Shown in pieces: positions 1 through 6,492 of a stretch of 44,476 bases of DNA. Source of the DNA: a virus; the IMG/VR virus record IMGVR_UViG_3300025876_000039. One strand, 5' to 3'. Under the pieces are notes generated by a model that saw only the letters and a program-made list of their open reading frames with translations, did not search any database and had not been told where the DNA came from. Within the stretch, counting starts at the first letter, position 1; each line of letters starts with the position of its first letter. A program made the position numbers and the translations under genes.

Positions 1-125
1 GCACTAAGTATTTTGTTGACAGGTTGAAAGATGATAGAAAAGAGTTGAGTGTTGAAGAAATTATAAATTTAACTCAAGGTCAATATGGGCATGATAAGTT
101 TAAGGATTTCTTTAATAATACTTGA
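1..125 (+). CDS. 3' partial of the octapeptide-repeat protein (wrap-around copy of 44178..44302)
   Basis: Encodes ...GTKYFVDRLKDDRKELSVEEIINLTQGQYGHDKFKDFFNNT with stop TGA at 123..125, identical to the C-terminus of 43094..44302. Confidence 0.85.
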   Translation, partial: TKYFVDRLKDDRKELSVEEIINLTQGQYGHDKFKDFFNNT

Positions 126-150
126 CTATATAAATTATATACATCATAAT
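122..150 (+). promoter_or_regulatory. sigma70-like promoter TTGACT-N17-CATAAT (early promoter/leader cassette, junction copy)
   Basis: TTGACT at 122..127, 17-nt spacer, CATAAT at 145..150, about 30 nt upstream of the ATG at 183. The -35 element overlaps the upstream stop codon. Confidence 0.55.
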
Positions 151-182
151 ACTAAAAATTACTAACTAAAACAAAAAACAAT

Positions 183-1391
183 ATGAACAAAAAACAAGTC
201 CAGCAAAAAGTATTACAAAACGGCAAGCCTCTTGCATTAAGTAAATTTACTTGGTGCGAGAAAACTATGACATTTTCAAGTGATGAAGATAATTTAGTTT
301 TTGCTTTTCAAAATATTGAGGGGGTAAAGATAATATCTAGAGATTGGTCAATTCAAACAGCAGGGTATAATTCAACTCAAACAGCAGGGAATGGCTCAAC
401 TCAAAAAGCAGGGCATAATTCAACTCAAAAAGCAGGGGCTTATTCAACTCAAACAGCAGGGAATGGCTCAACTCAAAAAGCAGGGCATAATTCAACTCAA
501 AAAGCAGGGGCTTATTCAACTCAAACAGCAGGGGCTGGGTCAACTCAAAAAGCAGGGCATAATTCAACTCAAACAGCAGGGGCTTATTCAACTCAAACAG
601 CAGGGGCTTATTCAACTCAAAAAGCAGGGGCTTATTCAACTCAAACAGCAGGGGCTGGGTCAACTCAAAAAGCAGGGCATAATTCAACTCAAACAGCAGG
701 GGCTTATTCAACTCAAAAAGCAGGGGCTTATTCAACTCAAAAAGCAGGGGCTTATTCAACTCAAACAGCAGGGGCTGGGTCAACTCACTTTATTGACGAT
801 CGTTGCCAAGTTGCTACAGGTTATGAATCAATAATTCATGTCAATGGTAATGATTGCGCTATAATTAACAGAAATGTATTCGAGTTAATACAACCAAAAT
901 CAGGAGATATTATCCAGATAAGCCCTGATAATATTGGGGGTCATCTAGTCAATGGTATTCATAGCATAACTGGTAAAAAATCTATCATTGCTGACGGCAT
1001 ATTGTCGGAAGTAATATCAAAGAAAGGTAATGTTTATAAAGTGATAAATCACGGAAAAACTAAGCCAAGCTACTTGATAGAAAGTGAGGTTAATGATAAG
1101 AAGGTATATTCTCACGGCAAAACTTTAAAAGAGGCTAGAGAGTCTCTAATCTATAAACTATCAGATAGAGACAGTTCACAATATAAAGATTTAACTTTAG
1201 ATAGTGTATTGAGTAAAGAAGAGGCTATTAAGTGCTATATGACTATAACTGGAGCTTGTATTAGTGGCACTAAGTATTTTGTTGACAGGTTGAAAGATGA
1301 TAGAAAAGAGTTGAGTGTTGAAGAAATTATAAATTTAACTCAAGGTCAATATGGGCATGATAAGTTTAAGGATTTCTTTAATAATACTTGA
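183..1391 (+). CDS. Ice-nucleation-protein-like octapeptide-repeat protein (copy B of a perfect tandem duplicate)
   Basis: 402-aa ORF. Residues 58-201 are 18 consecutive octapeptides AG-x-x-S-T-Q-(T/K). The first, AGYNSTQT, is one residue off the ice-nucleation octamer AGYGSTxT. No hydrophobic signal peptide. A non-repeat C-terminal domain of ~200 aa follows. Protein is identical to 43094..44302. Confidence 0.85.
   Translation: MNKKQVQQKVLQNGKPLALSKFTWCEKTMTFSSDEDNLVFAFQNIEGVKIISRDWSIQTAGYNSTQTAGNGSTQKAGHNSTQKAGAYSTQTAGNGSTQKAGHNSTQKAGAYSTQTAGAGSTQKAGHNSTQTAGAYSTQTAGAYSTQKAGAYSTQTAGAGSTQKAGHNSTQTAGAYSTQKAGAYSTQKAGAYSTQTAGAGSTHFIDDRCQVATGYESIIHVNGNDCAIINRNVFELIQPKSGDIIQISPDNIGGHLVNGIHSITGKKSIIADGILSEVISKKGNVYKVINHGKTKPSYLIESEVNDKKVYSHGKTLKEARESLIYKLSDRDSSQYKDLTLDSVLSKEEAIKCYMTITGACISGTKYFVDRLKDDRKELSVEEIINLTQGQYGHDKFKDFFNNT
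354..785 (+). repeat. 18 x 24-bp in-frame tandem repeat (octapeptide array) with higher-order blocks
   Basis: Unit caaa[c/a]agcaggg..nnnnnn..tcaact. The variable dipeptides run YN,NG,HN,AY,NG,HN,AY,AG,HN,AY,AY,AY,AG,HN,AY,AY,AY,AG, giving 72-bp and 120-bp superunits. Confidence 0.95.
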
Positions 1392-1416
1392 CTTTATAAA
1401 GCTTATACATCATAAT
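1388..1416 (+). promoter_or_regulatory. sigma70-like promoter TTGACT-N17-CATAAT (early promoter/leader cassette, third copy)
   Basis: TTGACT at 1388..1393 (contains the stop TGA at 1389..1391), CATAAT at 1411..1416. The leader is nearly identical to 122..182. Confidence 0.55.
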
Positions 1417-1447
1417 ACTAAAAATTACTAACTAAACAAAAAACAAT

Positions 1448-1789
1448 ATGAACAAAGAAAAATACCCAAATTTAGAATCAGAGAAAAACTATCAAAACAA
1501 TCTATATATTGAGGTTGACACAAGCGAAGGCTTGTATAGTGGCGAATCATTAAAAGAAATAATTGATGAGATTAACAATGACCACAATGGCTCTTGTGTA
1601 AAAGCTACTGCGATAATATGCTATTTTTCAAGAGATAGCCAAAAAGTATTATCAGATAAGCATTTACAAATATTTAATAAATTTCTTGCAGCTAAACTAG
1701 AAGAAAAAGCAGAAGAAGATCAAGAGGAATCTTGGGAAGACAACGGCTTTGAATTAGCAAGAAAGGATTTACAGGATCAATTACTATAA
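1448..1789 (+). CDS. Acidic early protein, function unknown
   Basis: 113-aa ORF behind the repeated promoter/leader. By my count 25 D/E versus 13 K/R. Acidic C-terminal stretch LEEKAEEDQEESWED. Confidence 0.75.
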   Translation: MNKEKYPNLESEKNYQNNLYIEVDTSEGLYSGESLKEIIDEINNDHNGSCVKATAIICYFSRDSQKVLSDKHLQIFNKFLAAKLEEKAEEDQEESWEDNGFELARKDLQDQLL

Positions 1790-1855
1790 CAATGGACAAT
1801 TTAACATTTTACTTATCCGAAGAAGAATATTTACTAACTAAAAAACAATAGAAAA

Positions 1856-2680
1856 ATGACAAAGAAAATAGATTTAACTAAATACAATTTTGGCGAGAAA
1901 TCAAAAGAAAAATATAAGAATTCAAAAACTAATCAATGGGAAGATTTGGAGGTATGGCAAACTCCTAAATATTTACAATCAAAGAAAAAAGCTATCGAAT
2001 TAATAGAAGATGGTAAATATTTGTTAGACGAGGGGGATTTTTGGATACTTAAAAATAAAGGTGGTTCTAAATTATGCTATACTGGATTAATAATTAGTCA
2101 TAATGGCTGCCTTAAAATTAATGATAAAGAGCCACCTGAAAAGCAATTTAAGCCTTCTTGCGTGTCATTTGTAAGAGATGAAGGGGATAAGTCAAAAGTA
2201 ATGCAATATATAAATGATGAGCAAGGAGTTTTTGAATTTGGAGAGATAAGCCCTTCAAATTGTAAAAATGATTATCCTTATGCAATGGTGCTTAAGCGGT
2301 TGATGGATAGAGTTATTTTAAAGAATAGCAAAGTAGGATTTTTTGGCATTTATTCTGATTCTGAAAGCGATGATTTCAAAGAAAAAATTGAGGAAAAAGA
2401 AACTATAGCTAGTAAATTTATTAAAGAACCTACTGGAGCAATGGCTAATATTGCCAATAGTGCTGATGAAGATTCAAAAGAAGTAAAGAGGCAAGGTGCA
2501 GAAAAATATTTTAGAGATTTTAAGGTAGAAATAGAAGGTTGCGGCAGTTGCTCAGAAATAGAAGGTTTATTTGAAAGAGATAAAACTAAAATTAATAAAT
2601 TAGAGCGAGAGCATAAAGATTTATTTGATAAGCTTATAGAATGTGTAAGAATAATGAAGGGAGAATTGGGCGATGAGTAA
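1856..2680 (+). CDS. Hypothetical early protein (possible ssDNA-annealing/recombination protein; weak)
   Basis: 274-aa ORF in an operon with NinB-like, SSB and VRR-NUC genes. Contains the segment NDYPYAMVLKRLMDRVILK followed by an acidic linker. Assignment to an annealing-protein family is a guess. Confidence 0.55.
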   Translation: MTKKIDLTKYNFGEKSKEKYKNSKTNQWEDLEVWQTPKYLQSKKKAIELIEDGKYLLDEGDFWILKNKGGSKLCYTGLIISHNGCLKINDKEPPEKQFKPSCVSFVRDEGDKSKVMQYINDEQGVFEFGEISPSNCKNDYPYAMVLKRLMDRVILKNSKVGFFGIYSDSESDDFKEKIEEKETIASKFIKEPTGAMANIANSADEDSKEVKRQGAEKYFRDFKVEIEGCGSCSEIEGLFERDKTKINKLEREHKDLFDKLIECVRIMKGELGDE

Positions 2681-3071
2681 AGCATTAAAAGAATATTACA
2701 TAGCTTGCAATAATGTTGTAAGTGAGTTTGTAGGCGAGTATTTCGATTGTGAGCATGTAGATTGGAAAGCTAATCACTATTTTTGCAATTATGGTTACGA
2801 ATTTACAGCTCACGACGGCGATATAACAGATGACGGACTTAGATGCAGTGGGTACTGGGAAAGCCAAGAAGTCGGAGGAAATATTGAGATAGACGGTTAT
2901 ATTTTTAGTATGGATAGAATAATTGAAGCCTTAAAATTAGGAGCTACTAAAGATCAATTAATAGAATACGATGATTTAGAAATTGAGCGAAATGGTAAAG
3001 TCGGCTATAATTTCCAAAACTTTGTTAGATATGGCAAAGATCAAATGGAAGAGGTAATTAAAAAGAAATGA
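2673..3071 (+). CDS. Hypothetical protein
   Basis: 132-aa ORF. Its start overlaps the upstream stop, and a GGGAGA lies ~10 nt upstream. Confidence 0.75.
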   Translation: MSKALKEYYIACNNVVSEFVGEYFDCEHVDWKANHYFCNYGYEFTAHDGDITDDGLRCSGYWESQEVGGNIEIDGYIFSMDRIIEALKLGATKDQLIEYDDLEIERNGKVGYNFQNFVRYGKDQMEEVIKKK

Positions 3072-3337
3072 ATAAATTCGGAGCTTTTATTAGAAAAGAG
3101 CGATTAAATAAAAACTTAGGATTAAGAGAATTTGCAGATATGATTAATCTAAGCCCTACTTTTATTAGCAAAATGGAAGTAGGAGACTACAAGCCGCCTA
3201 AAGAAGAGAATATTGTTAAAATGGCTAATATTCTTGGTGGTGATAAAGATTATTATTTGGCTATGGCTAATAAGATTAGTGAAAAGAATAAACTAAAATT
3301 AATTAATGAGATATTAGGCAATAATGATAGACGATAG
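3068..3337 (+). CDS. XRE (Cro/CI-type) helix-turn-helix transcriptional regulator
   Basis: FIRKERLNKNLGLREFADMINLSPTFISKMEVGD is a classic HTH_3 pattern. 89 aa. Confidence 0.8.
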   Translation: MNKFGAFIRKERLNKNLGLREFADMINLSPTFISKMEVGDYKPPKEENIVKMANILGGDKDYYLAMANKISEKNKLKLINEILGNNDRR

Positions 3338-3746
3338 ATTTAAGTTTAGAGTATTTGACTCAAATAAGATTATGACATATCTTGTAGGCTTTGCTATTCC
3401 TGACTTTTGCAAAGAAGGTGATGGAGAGTTAAATTTTATTGGATTGCAAGGTGGTTTTGGTGGTCAAATAAAAGGGAAATTAAAAGAATTTAATTTAATG
3501 CAATCAACAGGACTTAAAGACAAAAATGGCGTGTTGATATATGAAGGGGATGTCGTTTTATATGAATATGATGCAGGGAGGCTGCATAAAGGCGTGGTTA
3601 ATTGGTGTCAATATGCTTTCTTTGCTAATGCAATAAATGATGAGAAGGAAACCAAGATATTGAATTTACATCCCGATTATTTAGAAGATATGGAAGTAAT
3701 AGGCAATATCTATGAGCATCAACATTTATTAGAATGCAATGAATAA
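3324..3746 (+). CDS. YopX-family protein
   Basis: FKFRVFD...LMQSTGLKDKNGVLIYEGDVV...MEVIGNIYEHQHLLE matches the YopX signature layout. Confidence 0.75.
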   Translation: MIDDRFKFRVFDSNKIMTYLVGFAIPDFCKEGDGELNFIGLQGGFGGQIKGKLKEFNLMQSTGLKDKNGVLIYEGDVVLYEYDAGRLHKGVVNWCQYAFFANAINDEKETKILNLHPDYLEDMEVIGNIYEHQHLLECNE

Positions 3747-4152
3747 AATTACTTTAGACAAAATTGTAATTACAACTAAATATAAATATCCAACATTTGA
3801 TTCGGATTGTTTATTTGATCAAGGTAAATTCTATATTCATAGTTTTGATTATTCTAATTTTAAGGACTTTGAGGAAAAAGTAAATGATACTATTAATAAT
3901 ATTAAAATATTGCCAGCAATATGTTATTATGATCAAAACCATTTATTTTGCGAGGTTGACGGTTATTATCAGTTACTACCAAAACCCCTGCAATATTACA
4001 AAAATAATTTTTCAACTTATGGCGGTATAGTGAATACTAACAAATATTTCTTAAGTATCTCTTTAAATTCTGCCGAATATTTTATAGAAGAAATAAAATT
4101 CAATATTTCAATATGGCTTGATGAACTAAGAGAAAGACTAAGCGATGAATAA
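3739..4152 (+). CDS. Hypothetical protein
   Basis: 137-aa ORF with overlapping start/stop junctions on both sides. Confidence 0.75.
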   Translation: MNKITLDKIVITTKYKYPTFDSDCLFDQGKFYIHSFDYSNFKDFEEKVNDTINNIKILPAICYYDQNHLFCEVDGYYQLLPKPLQYYKNNFSTYGGIVNTNKYFLSISLNSAEYFIEEIKFNISIWLDELRERLSDE

Positions 4153-4582
4153 AATCTATTTCTACGCTAATACAAATACCGCCCAGCAGCAAAAAGAAAA
4201 TAGCAATCTAATGTTGCAATATCTTGAAACTGGCAAAGATTTTTATTGTGAGTTTGGTTTTATAGAAAAAGGTAAAAGCTATCATCAATTAAAAGCTTTT
4301 TATGAAGCATTAAATCAGCTATTACCACAATATAATCAAGGCCAGCAGAATCAAGGTGAGGTTGAGTTTCACAAAGACGAGTTTAAGTTTATTCTTAAAT
4401 ATGTTGGCGGTTGGTGTAAAGAGATTAAAAACAAGAAAGGCGAGCCAATGCCTATTGCCAAGAGTTTTAGTGGTATTAGTAAAAAAGAAATGAGTCTTGT
4501 TCTAGATAGAATAAGCAAGTGGGCTTTTAATAGAGGTTTTGTCTTGAATATTGATAATTATATGCGAGATTTAGTTGAGTAG
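4145..4582 (+). CDS. NinB/Orf-like recombination mediator (tentative)
   Basis: 145 aa, the same size class as lambda NinB. KSYHQLKAFYEALNQLL and a C-terminal SKKEMSLVLDRISKWAFNRGF are arranged like the NinB blocks. Lies among recombination genes. Confidence 0.45.
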   Translation: MNKIYFYANTNTAQQQKENSNLMLQYLETGKDFYCEFGFIEKGKSYHQLKAFYEALNQLLPQYNQGQQNQGEVEFHKDEFKFILKYVGGWCKEIKNKKGEPMPIAKSFSGISKKEMSLVLDRISKWAFNRGFVLNIDNYMRDLVE

Positions 4583-4732
4583 TCGGCACGGCTAAAAGAT
4601 AAGTGCAAATTAATGCAATTCGATTCTGCTAAGTGACGATGTTTGGTAATGTAGGTGGTTCGATTCCATCGAAAGCTTGGTAGCTCAAGTCTGACTGCTA
4701 GGAAAGACTAGTATTTATGGGGAGGGTTTTTT
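4582..4732 (+). ncRNA. Structured intergenic element A with a tRNA T-arm-like hairpin (not a complete tRNA)
   Basis: GTCGGCA at 4582..4588. TTCGATTC occurs twice (4619..4626 and 4659..4666). GGTGG-TTCGATT-CCATC at 4654..4670 folds as a T-arm. AGTCT/AGACT stem at 4688..4710. GGGGAGGG followed by TTTTTT at 4719..4732. Confidence 0.35.
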
Positions 4733-4769
4733 AAAGCTTGCCAATGAAGAAGATGCTTTTAAAGAAGCA

Positions 4770-5015
4770 ATGAAAATTAGAATGGAAAAAAAAGCTATTG
4801 GCGTTAATATGACTATTGATAGCTTTGATTATCTAGTGGATAAATTGCAAAAAACTTTATATTTACCAAAAAGTTTTAAGGCTGCTACAAAAGAAGAAAT
4901 GGTTAAATTAATTACAGAATTTGAAGATTTTGCAATAAGGCAAGGTTGGCACGAGATAAGGCTTGAATCAAAAGAAAAAGAAGAGATGGTTAAATATTAT
5001 AGTAATATCGGTTGA
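4770..5015 (+). CDS. Hypothetical protein with a NinB-C-terminal-like motif
   Basis: 81-aa ORF. PKSFKAATKEEMVKLITEFEDFAIRQGW parallels AKSFSGISKKEMSLVLDRISKWAFNRGF of the preceding gene. Confidence 0.6.
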   Translation: MKIRMEKKAIGVNMTIDSFDYLVDKLQKTLYLPKSFKAATKEEMVKLITEFEDFAIRQGWHEIRLESKEKEEMVKYYSNIG

Positions 5016-5040
5016 CTTTAAAAATAAAATAGTAGATACT
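5012..5040 (+). promoter_or_regulatory. sigma70-like promoter TTGACT-N17-GATACT
   Basis: TTGACT at 5012..5017 overlaps the stop TGA at 5013..5015. GATACT at 5035..5040. Precedes the SSB leader. Confidence 0.4.
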
Positions 5041-5058
5041 AATTATAGTTTAATTTTT

Positions 5059-5106
5059 AGGGCAGGTTCGGTTTTAGTTCATATTTTTACCTTTGTTGCC
5101 TGCCCT
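5059..5106 (+). promoter_or_regulatory. GC-rich 8-bp stem hairpin in the SSB 5' leader
   Basis: AGGGCAGG (5059..5066) pairs with CCTGCCCT (5099..5106) around a 32-nt loop. The loop begins TTCGGTT, which is T-loop-like. Confidence 0.45.
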
Positions 5107-5141
5107 GATGATTAAATTATTAACAAAACAATAAAACAAAT

Positions 5142-5537
5142 ATGCAAAAGCTAAAGCTTCAAAACATTTGGGATGACCAAACTAAATCTTTTTTAAAAGA
5201 TCAATTTCACTTAAGGGAAAGCGATAAGGTTATTAGTGGGAGAGTCGCTTTATCTAGTAAAAAAGAAGACAAGTGGGTATCAAAAGATATGCCATTTGTT
5301 GCTTTTAAATCACAAATAACAGACTCAACAAGAATTGCATTAACTCAAAGCAATGGCAAGTTATTTGATGCTGAATTTACTATTATGGTAGATGAATTTA
5401 CAGATAAAGAGGGTCAAGTTAGAAAATATTTTAAGGTTAATATACTTAATGCCTCTTTGTTAGATGCTCCTACTCAAAGCAATAGCCAGCCAGCAGTTAG
5501 CGAAGAAATCGTTGATGATGAAATTATACCTTTTTAA
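5142..5537 (+). CDS. ssb: Single-stranded DNA-binding protein
   Basis: 131 aa with the acidic C-terminal tail EEIVDDEIIPF, the D-D-D-I-P-F type partner-recruiting tip of bacterial and phage SSBs. Confidence 0.7.
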   Translation: MQKLKLQNIWDDQTKSFLKDQFHLRESDKVISGRVALSSKKEDKWVSKDMPFVAFKSQITDSTRIALTQSNGKLFDAEFTIMVDEFTDKEGQVRKYFKVNILNASLLDAPTQSNSQPAVSEEIVDDEIIPF

Positions 5538-5562
5538 GATACAAAAATAAATAATAAAAAAT

Positions 5563-5715
5563 ATGACTATTCCTTTTAAAGTTAAATTACTTACAGATAC
5601 TGCAAAAGCTCCAGAAATGGCAAATGAAGGCGATCTTTGGGACATATTCGCAGATGGGTTTTGTGCTAAAAATCAAGATTTTAGAGATGTTATTAAAAAG
5701 AATGATTTAGAGTAG
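5563..5715 (+). pseudogene. 50-aa ORF resembling only the N-terminus of dUTPase (possible gene remnant)
   Basis: MTIPFKVKLLTDTAKAPEMANEGDLWDIFA resembles the dUTPase N-terminal strand (..IKvKkL...AklPeyAtegsAGlDL.a). The ORF then terminates, and the later dUTPase motifs are absent. Confidence 0.3.
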
Positions 5716-6089
5716 TGCCATTAGGTCCAGAAGATTTACAGCATAAACAATTTGCAAATACGATAAAGCATTATAAAGCCCTTAACAAGCTTAATTGTTG
5801 TTTTTGGTCTTATAGCCCTAGCGGCGAGAAAAGAAATGCCATAACAGGTTCTCTGTTGAAAGCTAAAGGACTAACAAAAGGAATACCTGACTTTGAATTT
5901 AGATTGCTTAAAGATAAGATTATGCAGCATATTTATATTGAGTTTAAATATGGTAAAAACAAACAATCACCCGAGCAAGTCTATTTTCAAAAAACTTGTG
6001 ATGAATCAATTAATGATAACTATTATCTAGCTTATTCTGTAGATGATGCGATCAACATATTAATTGATAATGGAGTGATTTTAAAATAG
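5715..6089 (+). CDS. VRR-NUC domain nuclease
   Basis: GTG start. GIPDFEFRL...IYIEFKYGKNKQSPEQVYFQ...YYLAYSVDDAINIL fits the VRR-NUC D..ExK / Q layout. Confidence 0.7.
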   Translation: MPLGPEDLQHKQFANTIKHYKALNKLNCCFWSYSPSGEKRNAITGSLLKAKGLTKGIPDFEFRLLKDKIMQHIYIEFKYGKNKQSPEQVYFQKTCDESINDNYYLAYSVDDAINILIDNGVILK

Positions 6090-6170
6090 AATCCACTCAA
6101 CAATAATATAAGCTACTAATACCGCAGCTAGTGGTATAAACATCCAGTAAGTCTTAAGAAATTTAATCAT
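6081..6170 (-). CDS. 29-aa hydrophobic peptide (last gene of the late operon; tentative)
   Basis: MIKFLKTYWMFIPLAAVLVAYIIVEWILF. Its ATG overlaps the upstream stop (ATGATTAA), which suggests translational coupling. Confidence 0.3.
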   Translation of the reverse strand: MIKFLKTYWMFIPLAAVLVAYIIVEWILF

Positions 6171-6492
6171 TGTTAACTTCAAAATAACCTAGTTCTAGTG
6201 CGTCTTGATAAGTAATTAATCCTTTTTTTAACTCTTCCAAAGGGCAATCAGAATTAATAGCATAAATTACATCCGTAATATTACCTTGAATGCTACCAAT
6301 AATAGGCATATGTTTATCATCGCAGTTACAAGTTGAGTTTTTGTGTAAAATAGGCATAGTATATCTATATGTTTTATTGTTAAGATTATACCCTAGTATA
6401 TTGTTAGCCGTACCTACTTTAGGGTTATAGTCATGACCTACTTTATCATAAAAATATTCTAATGACGACTTTTTATATCCTAAAAATATCAT
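6163..6492 (-). CDS. Hypothetical protein
   Basis: 109-aa ORF whose start overlaps the upstream stop. Confidence 0.7.
   Translation of the reverse strand: MIFLGYKKSSLEYFYDKVGHDYNPKVGTANNILGYNLNNKTYRYTMPILHKNSTCNCDDKHMPIIGSIQGNITDVIYAINSDCPLEELKKGLITYQDALELGYFEVNND

Larger units (their letters stand above)
1..299. repeat. Window-end overlap: 1..299 is identical to 44178..44476 (circular permutation or terminal redundancy; unique unit 44,177 bp)
   Basis: Direct comparison of the first 299 and last 299 bases. Both contain the same gene 3' end, intergenic cassette and next gene 5' end. Confidence 0.9.

Noticed and set aside
354-785. Possible CRISPR array, suggested by the regular short repeats
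   Set aside because: The units are contiguous 24-mers with no spacers. The array is in frame inside a long ORF, and no cas genes are present.
337-834. Track ORFs 337..783 (-) and 391..834 (+), and their copies 43248..43694 (-) and 43302..43745 (+)
   Set aside because: They lie entirely within the 24-bp periodic array. Any periodic sequence without stops stays open in several frames, and their products (LLFELNKP..., QLKKQGII...) simply restate the repeat. The frame continuous with unique N- and C-terminal domains (183..1391) is the real gene.
183-1391. Calling the repeat protein a genuine ice-nucleation protein
   Set aside because: Only 18 octamers are present, versus roughly 120 or more in bacterial ice-nucleation proteins. 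There is no membrane-anchoring N-domain or signal peptide, and the C-terminal domain is unrelated. The similarity is reported as a repeat-type resemblance only.
4654-4680. tRNA gene, suggested by a perfect-looking T-arm GGTGG-TTCGATT-CCATC
   Set aside because: The 3' flank GAAAGCT has no complementary 5' acceptor strand within ~80 nt upstream. I could build no anticodon or D arm, and there is no CCA. It is reported only as a tRNA-like fragment or structured element.
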